Assembly (NCBI GenBank): GCA_963666215.2
Contig: CAXWPL010000005.1
Coordinates: 1,546,013-1,610,012 of the forward strand
Length of the DNA stretch: 64,000 nucleotides
Direction of reading: 5' to 3'
From: Acidobacteriota bacterium
Lineage (GTDB): Bacteria; Acidobacteriota; UBA890; WLXD01
Part shown: piece after piece, positions 52,243 through 62,599 of the stretch
How positions within the stretch are numbered: position 1 is the stretch's first letter
Layout of the letters: each line of letters opens with the position of its first letter
Made by a program: the position numbers and the translations under genes
Notes under the pieces: generated by a model
The model's input: only the letters and a program-made list of their open reading frames with translations
Told to the model about the DNA's origin: nothing
Databases searched by the model: none

Positions 52243-53203
52243 GACCACCGACTCGGTGACCGTCGCCGAGGTCCTAGGAGAGGAGCTCCAAGGGCTGCAG
52301 CTCGAAATTCTGTGCGGGCGCGGGCATCTAGAGAACAGGATCACCAACCCTAGAGTGCAGAAGCCCGGACTGGCTTTCGCCGGTCACTACCCCTACATCA
52401 AGCCGGGTCGGGTGCAGATTATCGGTGAGAGCGAGCTCGCCTATCTTCACACTCTGGATCCGGCGGAGCGTTTCGAGCGCTTTCGAGCGATCACCGCTCT
52501 TCCGGTGCCGCTTTTCATTGTCACCAAGGGGCTCGATGCTCCCCCGGAGTTTCTCGACCTGTGCCGCGAGAGAGAAGTGCCGGTCTTCAGGTCACCAAGA
52601 CTCTCATCGGTGGTGATCAAGCGGGTTGGCTACTTCCTCGAGGAGCATCTCGTCCCGTCGACAACGGTTCACGGTGTGCTGATGGACGTCTTCGGCTTGG
52701 GAGTCCTTCTCATTGGGCGTAGCGGAGTCGGCAAGAGCGAGTCGGCGCTCGATCTCATCACGCGCGGTCATAGTCTGATCGGCGACGACCGGGTTCGTAT
52801 TCGCCGCTACCCCAACGACGAGCTGATGGGAGACTGCGCGGAGCCGCTGCGGCATCATATGGAGCTGCGCGGAATCGGCATCATCAACGTCAAAGACCTT
52901 TTCGGGCTGGCGGCGGTGCGCTCCCGTAAGGCGATCGATCTGGTAGTCGAGCTGGAGCGCTGGGAGCCCGGCAGAGCCTACGACCGCCTCGGCCTCGAAG
53001 AGAGTGTCTACCGGATCCTCGATTCGCCTTGCCCCTATCTTCGAATGCCGGTGGCGCCGGGTCGCAACGTCGCCATTCTGGTCGAGATCGCGGCTCGCAA
53101 TCACGTGCTGAAACTTCAGGGACACTTCTCGGCGCACGAGTTCGCGCGCTCTCTGGAGGAGGAGCTCGAGCGAAAGCGCTCGGTCAAGCGCAAGCCGGCA
53201 TGA
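52235..53203 (+). CDS. hprK: HPr kinase/phosphorylase
   Basis: HGVLMDVFGLGVLLIGRSGVGKSESALDLITRGH, ELRGIGI, PGRN. Confidence 0.95.
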   Translation: MSETTDSVTVAEVLGEELQGLQLEILCGRGHLENRITNPRVQKPGLAFAGHYPYIKPGRVQIIGESELAYLHTLDPAERFERFRAITALPVPLFIVTKGLDAPPEFLDLCREREVPVFRSPRLSSVVIKRVGYFLEEHLVPSTTVHGVLMDVFGLGVLLIGRSGVGKSESALDLITRGHSLIGDDRVRIRRYPNDELMGDCAEPLRHHMELRGIGIINVKDLFGLAAVRSRKAIDLVVELERWEPGRAYDRLGLEESVYRILDSPCPYLRMPVAPGRNVAILVEIAARNHVLKLQGHFSAHEFARSLEEELERKRSVKRKPA

Positions 53204-54084
53204 GGGTCGAAGTCGCACTGATCACAGGGCTCTCGGGCTCCGGCAAGAGCTCGGTGGCCAAGTGTTTCGAGGACCTTGGCTATTTTTGCGTCGACAACTT
53301 GCCCTTGAGCCTCCTCGGACCCCTTCTGCGCTCACCCCGAGAGCACGTCGGTGATCGCGATCGACTCGCAGTGGTAGCCGACGTCAGGGCACCGGGCTTC
53401 ATCGACGAGATTCCGCGGCTTCTCGATCTCCGTGACGCGCAGGAATCCCACCTGACTCTGCTCTTTCTCGAAGCTTCCGACGAGACCCTCGTCCGCAGGT
53501 TCTCCGAGACGAGAAGGCGCCATCCTTTGACGCGAAGTCACTCCGGCAGTCTCATTGACGCGATCGTCGAGGAGCGCCGAGTCCTGGCCGATCTAAGGGG
53601 CGTGGCCGACATGATCTTCGATACCAGCGAATGGTCCGTCCACGAGATCCGACGCCAAGTCTGGGAGCGGTTCGCCGATCCGGAGGTGGCGAGTCCGCAG
53701 TTGGTGGTCTCGCTCGTGAGCTTCGGGTTCAAACACGGAATACCCTACGGCAGCGACCTCCTCTTCGACGTCCGCTTCCTCTCCAACCCCTACTTCGTCG
53801 CCGAGCTTCGCGAGCTCAGCGGCAGGGATCTGCCGGTGCAACGTTTTCTTATGGAAGAGGGGGACTTCAGCGAGCTGGTGGAACGTATGCTCGATTTTCT
53901 GAGTTTTCTCCTACCGAGATATGCGGAGGAGAAACGCAGCTATCTCTCGGTGGCGGTAGGCTGCACGGGTGGGCAGCACCGTTCCGTTGCTGTCTGCGAA
54001 CGACTCGCCGAGCTCCTCGGCGAGAGCGGCTGGCCGGTACGGGTCGAGCATAGAGACCTCGACAAAACCCAAACGGCGAAGTGA
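53200..54084 (+). CDS. rapZ: RNase adapter RapZ
   Basis: GLSGSGKS, CVDNLP, RRFSETRRRHP, DVRFLSNP, GCTGGQHRS. Confidence 0.95.
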   Translation: MRVEVALITGLSGSGKSSVAKCFEDLGYFCVDNLPLSLLGPLLRSPREHVGDRDRLAVVADVRAPGFIDEIPRLLDLRDAQESHLTLLFLEASDETLVRRFSETRRRHPLTRSHSGSLIDAIVEERRVLADLRGVADMIFDTSEWSVHEIRRQVWERFADPEVASPQLVVSLVSFGFKHGIPYGSDLLFDVRFLSNPYFVAELRELSGRDLPVQRFLMEEGDFSELVERMLDFLSFLLPRYAEEKRSYLSVAVGCTGGQHRSVAVCERLAELLGESGWPVRVEHRDLDKTQTAK

Positions 54085-54088
54085 AGGC

Positions 54089-54523
54089 ATGATCAAGAAA
54101 CTCATCGTTGGTCACGGCCAACTCGCGGCCCATCTGGTTCATGCGGCGCGACGCATCAATGCCGGATCCCTGGGTGATATTTCTGTGGTGTGCCTGGAGT
54201 GGGATATCTCGCTCGAGAAAGCTCGGCGCCAGGTCGAGGAGATGCTCAAAGAGATCGGTCGCGAGGATGGAGTGCTGATTCTCACCGATGTCTTTGGTGC
54301 TACGCCATCCAACGCCTGTACACCCTTCCTCGAGCCGGGTCGGGTCGAGATGGTGACCGGCGTGAATCTGCCCATGGTGATGCGGCTGGGGAGCCTCCAA
54401 AGCCAGCCCGAAGCAGTCGGCGAGCTCGCAGAGTGGATGCGAGCGAAGGCCACCAAGAGTATCGTCCGGTTGAGCGATCCGCCGCCCGGCAGCGCTCCCG
54501 GCTGCGACGAGGACGGGGACTAG
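54089..54523 (+). CDS. PTS EIIA (mannose-type)
   Basis: IVGHG, LTDVFGATP, GVNLPM. Confidence 0.88.
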   Translation: MIKKLIVGHGQLAAHLVHAARRINAGSLGDISVVCLEWDISLEKARRQVEEMLKEIGREDGVLILTDVFGATPSNACTPFLEPGRVEMVTGVNLPMVMRLGSLQSQPEAVGELAEWMRAKATKSIVRLSDPPPGSAPGCDEDGD

Positions 54524-54527
54524 GTCG

Positions 54528-54797
54528 ATGGTCGATGCCGAGTCTGAAATCGTCAATCGCCTCGGGCTTCATGCGCGAGCTGCAGCCAAGCTGGTTCAAA
54601 TGGCCTCCAGTTTCGAATCGGAGGTGTACCTCGTGAGCGATGCCGAGGAAGTCGACGCAAAGAGCATCCTCGGGATTCTGCTTCTGGCCGCGGCGCAGGG
54701 GATGAGGGTCACGGTTCGCTGTAGCGGAGTCGACGAGCTTGCGGCTCTCGAAGCGGTCACACGTCTGATCGCCGACGGCTTTGGAGAGGAGGGTTGA
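54528..54797 (+). CDS. ptsH: Phosphocarrier HPr
   Basis: GLHARAAA, DAKSILG. Confidence 0.93.
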   Translation: MVDAESEIVNRLGLHARAAAKLVQMASSFESEVYLVSDAEEVDAKSILGILLLAAAQGMRVTVRCSGVDELAALEAVTRLIADGFGEEG

Positions 54798-54801
54798 GCG
54801 C

Positions 54802-56550
54802 GTGAGCATGCGCGTCATGGAAGGGCTCGGAGTCTCGGGTGGCGTTGCGATCGGCCGAGCCGTTTGCGTAGAAGACGCCGGCGACGAGGTCTTGCGCTTC
54901 CACCTCGGTAGAGCGGATATCGGGCCCGAGATTCGCCGCTTCGAGGAGGCTCGCGATGCGGCCTTCGCCGATCTTTCGAAGGCTCGCGTCAAGATGGAGC
55001 AGGCTCTCGGCGACGACATGGCCAGCATCCTGGAGGCACAGGCCCTTCTCCTCAACGACAAGGCCTTCGCTCGACGAATCGTCGATCGCATTCGCTCGCG
55101 GCAGGTCAACGCGGAATGGGCGGTCGCCCGCACTTGTAACGAGCTCGAGATCCGATTCGCCGAGATCGAGAGCGAGTATCTCCGGGAGCGGAGCGAGGAT
55201 CTTCGTAACGTCAGCCGCTACCTGCTGAGGAGCCTTCAGGGCATCGGTCATCATGAGCTCTCCGAGATCGAGGGCAACGTGGTGTTGGTGGGCAAAGAGC
55301 TCGCGCCGTCTGACGCCCTGCGCTTCTCTCGCGAGAACGTCGTGGGTTTCGCGCTCGAGGTGGGTGGCAAAGCGACCCATACAACCATCATCGCGCGCGG
55401 CCTGAACCTACCGATGGTGGTGAATCTCACCGGCATCCTTGAACTGGCCACGGACCAGGATCCGGTGATCATCGACGGGGATGAGGACAGGATCATTCTC
55501 CACCCGACCCCAGAGGTTCTGGCCCTCTACGAGGCTAAGCTCGGTCGTCTTCAAAGTGCCGACGAGGACGTGGCTCGACAACCCGGCGTCCAGGCACGGA
55601 CAGGCGACGGAGTCGAGATCGAGCTGTTGGCGAACCTGGAGCTAGTCGACGAGATCGATGACGCGATCCGCTTCGGCTGCTGTGGCGTTGGGCTGTACCG
55701 CAGCGAGTTCTTCTTCATCGAGAAGAGTCCGGAGATCCCGACCGAGGAAGAGCACTTCGCTCTGTTCTCAGCGCTCCTCGAGGGACTTCATCCTCGCCCG
55801 GTCACCGTGCGCACCTTCGACCTTGGCGGTCGGCAGCTCGCGCGTGAGCTCTTCCCGGGCGAAGAGGAGAATCCCGTTCTGGGCCTGCGGGGTATCCGCC
55901 TTACCCGACTCCATCCCGAGATCATGAGGTCCCAGCTCCGAGCCCTGTACAGAGCCGCAGTCAAAGGTGACCTGCGGATCATGATTCCGCTGGTGAGCAC
56001 GCTGGAGGAGGTACGATTCTTCAAGGCTCTCTGCACTGAGATCGTCGCAGAGCTCGCGGCCGAGGGGCTGGCGCACGACCCAGACGTTCGGCTCGGTGCC
56101 ATGATCGAGGTACCTGGAGCGGCCCTACTGGCCGACCACTTCGCTCGCGAAGTCGACTTCCTTTCAATCGGGACCAACGATCTGATTCAGTACTCACTTG
56201 CCGTGGACCGCAACAACGAGCACGTAGCCGAGCTCTATCAACCAACCCATCCCGCAGTTCTTCGCCTACTGAAGAGCATCGTGGATGGCGTTGCCGGCAC
56301 GCCCTGCGAGCTCTCCCTATGCGGCGAGATGGCTTCCGATCCGCTGCTGACACCCTTCCTTCTCGGCATCGGCCTGCGACGTCTCTCGATGGGACCCCGC
56401 TCCATCCCGGTCATCAGCGAGAAGATCGGCGAACTGCAGATTGAAGATCTCGGCCCTGTCACGGAGGCCTGTCTCGCTCTCCAGACCGCTGACGAGGTGC
56501 GAGAACTGCTCGCTGGCCTGCCATCTCCTTCCGGCGTAACTAGGGCGTAA
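54802..56550 (+). CDS. ptsI: PTS enzyme I
   Basis: THTTIIAR, GLYRSEF, RTFDLGG, SIGTNDLIQY, CGEMA. Confidence 0.95.
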   Translation: MSMRVMEGLGVSGGVAIGRAVCVEDAGDEVLRFHLGRADIGPEIRRFEEARDAAFADLSKARVKMEQALGDDMASILEAQALLLNDKAFARRIVDRIRSRQVNAEWAVARTCNELEIRFAEIESEYLRERSEDLRNVSRYLLRSLQGIGHHELSEIEGNVVLVGKELAPSDALRFSRENVVGFALEVGGKATHTTIIARGLNLPMVVNLTGILELATDQDPVIIDGDEDRIILHPTPEVLALYEAKLGRLQSADEDVARQPGVQARTGDGVEIELLANLELVDEIDDAIRFGCCGVGLYRSEFFFIEKSPEIPTEEEHFALFSALLEGLHPRPVTVRTFDLGGRQLARELFPGEEENPVLGLRGIRLTRLHPEIMRSQLRALYRAAVKGDLRIMIPLVSTLEEVRFFKALCTEIVAELAAEGLAHDPDVRLGAMIEVPGAALLADHFAREVDFLSIGTNDLIQYSLAVDRNNEHVAELYQPTHPAVLRLLKSIVDGVAGTPCELSLCGEMASDPLLTPFLLGIGLRRLSMGPRSIPVISEKIGELQIEDLGPVTEACLALQTADEVRELLAGLPSPSGVTRA

Positions 56551-56638
56551 TGAATTGCGTCGGAGAGCCGCCCAGAGGGGCGTCTTGGTCCTCTCCTCGG
56601 CCTCGACTACAATGGCCTAGTTAACGGAGACAGCGGAC

Positions 56639-57556
56639 GTGGCCAAGCCCAGAGACTACTGCCAAGGCACACTCTTGCTCATGTTTCTGACCGGGCTCGC
56701 GTTCACCCTGGGATGCGGGACCAGTCTGCTCTCCAAGGAAGTCGAGCTACCTTCGCAGACCTTGACCGAGGCTCCCTCTCCAGAGGGGGAGGTGCCCGAT
56801 CGGTCCAGCGGCGACGATCTCGCCGAAGGCGCCGAGCTCGGCGAGGGGACCGATCTGGCCGAGGGTAGCGTTTCCCTGCCGGAGGGGGAGCCAGCGCCCC
56901 CAGTAGAAGACGTCCCTACTCTCAGAGACAACCAATCGATCACCATCGTCACCGTCAGCGAGCAGCCGACTGAGGCTACGCCGAGAACTCTCTTCGAAGC
57001 CTCACAAGAGGCCCGGCGCCAGCGAGCCGGCCGTACCGCGCCCCCGACCACCGTCATTACCAACAGCAACATTGCCGAACAGGCCGAGGGAGGGCAGCTC
57101 ACCATCCTGACGGAAACCAACGAGCCGGAGAACATAGCCGCACCGACCACCACGGACGGCGTGTCGGAGCAGTATTGGCGCGGAGAGGCGTTACGCCTGC
57201 GACTCAACTGGAAGGCAGAGGTCGAGGAGGTCAGTGCGCTTCAGACCGAGGTCGCTGAGCTGCGCCGGCGCTTCTACGATGAAGACGACCCCTTTTATCG
57301 CGACAACGAAATCAAGCCGGCGTGGGATAGGGCCCTGATTGCCATCGAGGAAGCCAGAGAAGAAGTGGCCGAGTACCAGGATCGAATGGATGCCTTTCTC
57401 GAGGACGGGCGGCGCTCTGGAGCCCTCCCCGGCTGGCTACGCGAAGGTATCGAGTTCGAGCCGGCCCGGAGCAAGCCGGACACAGCCCCCGAGCGACGCC
57501 GCGAAGAGGACCCGCGGGAGCCCAAGCTTCTCAACGAAGAAGCGATTCGGCAATGA
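56639..57556 (+). CDS. Hypothetical lipoprotein
   Basis: Lipobox TLGC; acidic linker; EQYWR coiled coil ending GALPGWLR. Confidence 0.7.
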   Translation: MAKPRDYCQGTLLLMFLTGLAFTLGCGTSLLSKEVELPSQTLTEAPSPEGEVPDRSSGDDLAEGAELGEGTDLAEGSVSLPEGEPAPPVEDVPTLRDNQSITIVTVSEQPTEATPRTLFEASQEARRQRAGRTAPPTTVITNSNIAEQAEGGQLTILTETNEPENIAAPTTTDGVSEQYWRGEALRLRLNWKAEVEEVSALQTEVAELRRRFYDEDDPFYRDNEIKPAWDRALIAIEEAREEVAEYQDRMDAFLEDGRRSGALPGWLREGIEFEPARSKPDTAPERRREEDPREPKLLNEEAIRQ

Positions 57557-58953
57557 ACTACCCGAAGGCCGATCGCTTCTTCATCGAGACCTGGGGCTGC
57601 CAGATGAACGAGCTCGACAGCCAGCGGCTCTCAGGCCAGCTGATGCAGGATGGGCTGCTGCCCACAGCCACTCCTCGAGACGCAGATGTGATCCTGCTCA
57701 ATTCGTGCAGTGTGCGAGAGAAGGCTGCGCAGAAGGCCTATTCGAGGCTGGGAGAGTACCGCCTGCTCAAAAGCGATCGCCCCGAGCTCCTCATCGGCTT
57801 CTGTGGATGTGTGGCGCAGCAAGAGGGAGAGCGAGCGCTACGACGGGTCCCCGAGCTGGACTTCGTTCTTGGAACCGGCAGAGTCGGAGAGATGCGCTCG
57901 GTGATGGCGAAGGCCCGCAAGGGGATGCGACCTGTTGCAGTGGGCTTTCCGGAGGATCGCCCGTACGAGATCGACGCCATCAGTCGAGACGGTCTATACA
58001 AGGGCATGGTTACGGTGGTCGAAGGCTGCGACAAGAACTGCACCTTCTGCATCGTGCCCCAAACCAGAGGCCCCGAGCGTAGCCGGCCTCTCGCGGCCAT
58101 CGTCAACGAAGTACGCCATCTCGTCGACTTCGGGTTCCTCGAGATCGAGCTTCTCGGCCAGACCGTGAACCATTGGCGTGGAACGGACGCCGACGGAGGC
58201 CAAATAGACTTCGCTGATCTGCTCGAGGCTGTGGCCAACGTGCCCGGCTTGCGCCGCCTTCGCTTCGTGACCTCTTATCCACGAGACTTCTCACCTCGCA
58301 TGGTCGACCAAGTTGGCAGCCAGGAAGTGATCTGCCCCTATATTCATCTCCCGGTCCAGTCCGGGAGCAATTCGGTTCTCCGCCGAATGGGCCGCGGCTA
58401 CACCGTGGGCGAGTATCGCGATTTGGTTACGAGCCTACGCGCTGCGCGCAGCGGAATAGCCCTCTCGACCGACATCATCGTTGGCTTTCCCGGCGAGACC
58501 GAAGACGAATTCGAAGGAACTCTCCGGCTCGTCGAGGAGCTGCGCTTCGCGTCTCTCTATGCCTTCAAGTACTCTCCGAGGCCCGGCACAGCTGCGCTTC
58601 GTATTGGTGAGCCCGTCGACCTCGCTACCAGCGATCGCCGTCTCCAGCAGATCTTTGCGACCCAGAAGGAGATTCAGCTGGAGCTCAACCAGAGCCTCGT
58701 CGGCCGGGAACTGGAGATCCTGGTCACCGGTCCAGGAAAGACTCCTGGGACTGTCGTCGGAAGGAGCGCTTGCCATCGGGTCGTCCATCTCGACGCAAAC
58801 GCGGGTTTAGGGGTTGCGCCGGGGGAGATGTGTCAGGCGAGGGTGGACCGAGCGTTTCCGCACAGCCTGTCAGCCACAGTCGAGGCACGAGCACCCCTGG
58901 CACGCGTCGATGAGGCGCGCCGGCCCCTGGTGAGACTTGGAGAGGGCGGATGA
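57553..58953 (+). CDS. miaB: tRNA methylthiotransferase MiaB
   Basis: TWGCQMN, NSCSVRE, CDKNCTFC, YSPRPGT, TRAM domain. Confidence 0.95.
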   Translation: MNYPKADRFFIETWGCQMNELDSQRLSGQLMQDGLLPTATPRDADVILLNSCSVREKAAQKAYSRLGEYRLLKSDRPELLIGFCGCVAQQEGERALRRVPELDFVLGTGRVGEMRSVMAKARKGMRPVAVGFPEDRPYEIDAISRDGLYKGMVTVVEGCDKNCTFCIVPQTRGPERSRPLAAIVNEVRHLVDFGFLEIELLGQTVNHWRGTDADGGQIDFADLLEAVANVPGLRRLRFVTSYPRDFSPRMVDQVGSQEVICPYIHLPVQSGSNSVLRRMGRGYTVGEYRDLVTSLRAARSGIALSTDIIVGFPGETEDEFEGTLRLVEELRFASLYAFKYSPRPGTAALRIGEPVDLATSDRRLQQIFATQKEIQLELNQSLVGRELEILVTGPGKTPGTVVGRSACHRVVHLDANAGLGVAPGEMCQARVDRAFPHSLSATVEARAPLARVDEARRPLVRLGEGG

Positions 58954-59462
58954 CGACACGCGACCCAGACGACCTGATTCTGATGGAAGTCAAAGGCCTG
59001 ATGATCGATCCTTCGTCGAATAACCCGATCGTCATTCTCAAAGACCCGGAATCTCAAGCCTTTCTTCCGATCTGGATCGGGCTCTTTGAAGCGAGCGCAA
59101 TCCAACTTGGCCTCGAGTCCTCGGAGTCGCCAAGGCCGCGCACCCACGATCTACTAGCGACCACCATGGCAGCCCTCAACTCCGAGGTGGTGAAAGTGGT
59201 CGTGGCGGATCTTCGAGACCAGACCTTCTACGCCACCATCTACGTCCAGCGAGCGGGGGAGTCCCAGACTCTCGAGATCGATGCTCGACCCAGCGACGCG
59301 ATTGCCCTCGCTCTTCGCACTGCGGCTCCGGTACTGGTCGCCTCTTCCGTCCTCGAGAAGGCAAAGGCGGGCGATGAAAGCGTCATGCGTGACGAGCAGG
59401 AACGGATTCGAAAGCTATTGGAGGATCTCGACCCTGATGATCTGGGCGAGTATGAGATGTAG
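58950..59462 (+). CDS. Bifunctional nuclease (DUF151)
   Basis: LPIWIG, PRPRTHDL, IDARPSDAIALA. Confidence 0.9.
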   Translation: MTTRDPDDLILMEVKGLMIDPSSNNPIVILKDPESQAFLPIWIGLFEASAIQLGLESSESPRPRTHDLLATTMAALNSEVVKVVVADLRDQTFYATIYVQRAGESQTLEIDARPSDAIALALRTAAPVLVASSVLEKAKAGDESVMRDEQERIRKLLEDLDPDDLGEYEM

Positions 59463-59561
59463 TCCCTGGAAGTGTGTCGTTAACTGCGTGGATTCAGATA
59501 TTTAGGAACATTGTCTGCCGGCCGACATGAGCACGCAGGGTCCCCGGGCTAGGTTCGCTGA

Positions 59562-60323
59562 ATGATCATCGCGATCACCAATCAAAAGGGCGGAGTGGGG
59601 AAGACCACGACCGCCATCAATCTGTCTGCCGCCCTGGCAGGGAAGAGCCTGCGCACCCTTCTCGTCGATCTCGACCCCCAGGCTAATAGCTCACTCTCCT
59701 TCGTCGACATTCACGATCTGGAAGGGTCGATGTACGATGTGCTGGCGGACTCGAGCGTCGGAATCGCCGACATCATTGTACCCGCGGAGAAGGTGCCGAA
59801 TCTGGATATCGCTCCTTCTCATATTTCGCTTGCCAAGCTCGAGGGTGCGCTCGTCGGCCAATTCGACAGTCACTTTCGACTCAAGGACGCCCTTGCGAAG
59901 GTTTCCCGTAAGTACGACTACATCGTGCTCGATACGCCCCCTACGCTGGGAATCATTACGGTGAACGCGCTGGTTGCATCGGGACACGCAATCGTGCCGA
60001 TCCAGTCGAGCTACTACGCCCTGGAAGGAACCGACGACCTCCTAGAGACGATCGATCGGATCAAGAAGAGGGGAGGGAATCCTCGGCTGCAGATTCTCGG
60101 CGTGTTGATCACGCTGCACGATAAGCGAACCCTACTTGCGCGCGACATCCAAAAAGAGATTGAGAAGGTCTTCGGGGAAAAGCTCTTCAATACGGTGATC
60201 ACGAAGAGTGTACGACTCGAAGAGAGCCCGGCCTATCGGGAGCCCATCTTCTCTTTCGCGCCGCGCTCTGCAAGCGCTTACCAGTACTACGCTCTGGCCG
60301 AAGAGGTGCTGAGTCGTGTCTGA
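59562..60323 (+). CDS. parA: ParA/Soj ATPase
   Basis: NQKGGVGKTT, DLDPQAN, DTPP. Confidence 0.93.
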   Translation: MIIAITNQKGGVGKTTTAINLSAALAGKSLRTLLVDLDPQANSSLSFVDIHDLEGSMYDVLADSSVGIADIIVPAEKVPNLDIAPSHISLAKLEGALVGQFDSHFRLKDALAKVSRKYDYIVLDTPPTLGIITVNALVASGHAIVPIQSSYYALEGTDDLLETIDRIKKRGGNPRLQILGVLITLHDKRTLLARDIQKEIEKVFGEKLFNTVITKSVRLEESPAYREPIFSFAPRSASAYQYYALAEEVLSRV

Positions 60324-60756
60324 TGTAGAAGATCGCAAGCGGGGGCTGCCTGAGCAGGTCCGGATGCGCCACGATCGCCACTTCGTAGATAATCTCGCGA
60401 CGCAGAACGCCCCGCCGGTGGGGCGCCTGGTAGCTCTTTCGTTGATCCAGCCGGACCCGAATCAGCCGCGCAGGGGTGTTGGCGACCTCTCGGAGCTCGT
60501 CGGATCTATCGAAGACAAGGGTGTGCTCGAGCCGATTCTCATTCGTCCCAATCCGGATAGCGAGGGCGATTCAGGCCCTGCGTTTGTGATCATTTCCGGC
60601 GAGCGAAGGTATCGGGCATCCCTCGAGGCCGGGCTGTTCGAGATCCCGGCGATCGAAATGGACGTTTCGGCACAGGAGGCGATGGAGATCGCCCTGGTCG
60701 AGAATCTCCATCGCGAGAACCTGACAGTGTTCGAAGAGGCAGAGGGTTATCGCCGG
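60316..60756 (+). pseudogene. parB: ParB, truncated at the duplication junction
   Basis: PDPNQPR, GVLEPI, GERRYRA, ALVENLHRENL then out-of-frame hprK sequence. Confidence 0.85.
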
Positions 60757-60997
60757 GCTGGGAGCCCGGCAGAGCCTACGACCGCCTCGGCCTCGAAGAG
60801 AGTGTCTACCGGATCCTCGATTCGCCTTGCCCCTATCTTCGAATGCCGGTGGCGCCGGGTCGCAACGTCGCCATTCTGGTCGAGATCGCGGCTCGCAATC
60901 ACGTGCTGAAACTTCAGGGACACTTCTCGGCGCACGAGTTCGCGCGCTCTCTGGAGGAGGAGCTCGAGCGAAAGCGCTCGGTCAAGCGCAAGCCGGC

Positions 60998-61882
60998 ATG
61001 AGGGTCGAAGTCGCACTGATCACAGGGCTCTCGGGCTCCGGCAAGAGCTCGGTGGCCAAGTGTTTCGAGGACCTTGGCTATTTTTGCGTCGACAACTTGC
61101 CCTTGAGCCTCCTCGGACCCCTTCTGCGCTCACCCCGAGAGCACGTCGGTGATCGCGATCGACTCGCAGTGGTAGCCGACGTCAGGGCACCGGGCTTCAT
61201 CGACGAGATTCCGCGGCTTCTCGATCTCCGTGACGCGCAGGAATCCCACCTGACTCTGCTCTTTCTCGAAGCTTCCGACGAGACCCTCGTCCGCAGGTTC
61301 TCCGAGACGAGAAGGCGCCATCCTTTGACGCGAAGTCACTCCGGCAGTCTCATTGACGCGATCGTCGAGGAGCGCCGAGTCCTGGCCGATCTAAGGGGCG
61401 TGGCCGACATGATCTTCGATACCAGCGAATGGTCCGTCCACGAGATCCGACGCCAAGTCTGGGAGCGGTTCGCCGATCCGGAGGTGGCGAGTCCGCAGTT
61501 GGTGGTCTCGCTCGTGAGCTTCGGGTTCAAACACGGAATACCCTACGGCAGCGACCTCCTCTTCGACGTCCGCTTCCTCTCCAACCCCTACTTCGTCGCC
61601 GAGCTTCGCGAGCTCAGCGGCAGGGATCTGCCGGTGCAACGTTTTCTTATGGAAGAGGGGGACTTCAGCGAGCTGGTGGAACGTATGCTCGATTTTCTGA
61701 GTTTTCTCCTACCGAGATATGCGGAGGAGAAACGCAGCTATCTCTCGGTGGCGGTAGGCTGCACGGGTGGGCAGCACCGTTCCGTTGCTGTCTGCGAACG
61801 ACTCGCCGAGCTCCTCGGCGAGAGCGGCTGGCCGGTACGGGTCGAGCATAGAGACCTCGACAAAACCCAAACGGCGAAGTGA
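60998..61882 (+). CDS. rapZ: RapZ (duplicate copy)
   Basis: Same translation as 53200-54084. Confidence 0.85.
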   Translation: MRVEVALITGLSGSGKSSVAKCFEDLGYFCVDNLPLSLLGPLLRSPREHVGDRDRLAVVADVRAPGFIDEIPRLLDLRDAQESHLTLLFLEASDETLVRRFSETRRRHPLTRSHSGSLIDAIVEERRVLADLRGVADMIFDTSEWSVHEIRRQVWERFADPEVASPQLVVSLVSFGFKHGIPYGSDLLFDVRFLSNPYFVAELRELSGRDLPVQRFLMEEGDFSELVERMLDFLSFLLPRYAEEKRSYLSVAVGCTGGQHRSVAVCERLAELLGESGWPVRVEHRDLDKTQTAK

Positions 61883-61886
61883 AGGC

Positions 61887-62321
61887 ATGATCAAGAAACT
61901 CATCGTTGGTCACGGCCAACTCGCGGCCCATCTGGTTCATGCGGCGCGACGCATCAATGCCGGATCCCTGGGTGATATTTCTGTGGTGTGCCTGGAGTGG
62001 GATATCTCGCTCGAGAAAGCTCGGCGCCAGGTCGAGGAGATGCTCAAAGAGATCGGTCGCGAGGATGGAGTGCTGATTCTCACCGATGTCTTTGGTGCTA
62101 CGCCATCCAACGCCTGTACACCCTTCCTCGAGCCGGGTCGGGTCGAGATGGTGACCGGCGTGAATCTGCCCATGGTGATGCGGCTGGGGAGCCTCCAAAG
62201 CCAGCCCGAAGCAGTCGGCGAGCTCGCAGAGTGGATGCGAGCGAAGGCCACCAAGAGTATCGTCCGGTTGAGCGATCCGCCGCCCGGCAGCGCTCCCGGC
62301 TGCGACGAGGACGGGGACTAG
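61887..62321 (+). CDS. PTS EIIA mannose-type (duplicate copy)
   Basis: Same translation as 54089-54523. Confidence 0.8.
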   Translation: MIKKLIVGHGQLAAHLVHAARRINAGSLGDISVVCLEWDISLEKARRQVEEMLKEIGREDGVLILTDVFGATPSNACTPFLEPGRVEMVTGVNLPMVMRLGSLQSQPEAVGELAEWMRAKATKSIVRLSDPPPGSAPGCDEDGD

Positions 62322-62325
62322 GTCG

Positions 62326-62595
62326 ATGGTCGATGCCGAGTCTGAAATCGTCAATCGCCTCGGGCTTCATGCGCGAGCTGCAGCCAAGCTGGTTCAAATG
62401 GCCTCCAGTTTCGAATCGGAGGTGTACCTCGTGAGCGATGCCGAGGAAGTCGACGCAAAGAGCATCCTCGGGATTCTGCTTCTGGCCGCGGCGCAGGGGA
62501 TGAGGGTCACGGTTCGCTGTAGCGGAGTCGACGAGCTTGCGGCTCTCGAAGCGGTCACACGTCTGATCGCCGACGGCTTTGGAGAGGAGGGTTGA
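62326..62595 (+). CDS. ptsH: HPr (duplicate copy)
   Basis: Same translation as 54528-54797. Confidence 0.85.
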   Translation: MVDAESEIVNRLGLHARAAAKLVQMASSFESEVYLVSDAEEVDAKSILGILLLAAAQGMRVTVRCSGVDELAALEAVTRLIADGFGEEG

Positions 62596-62599
62596 GCGC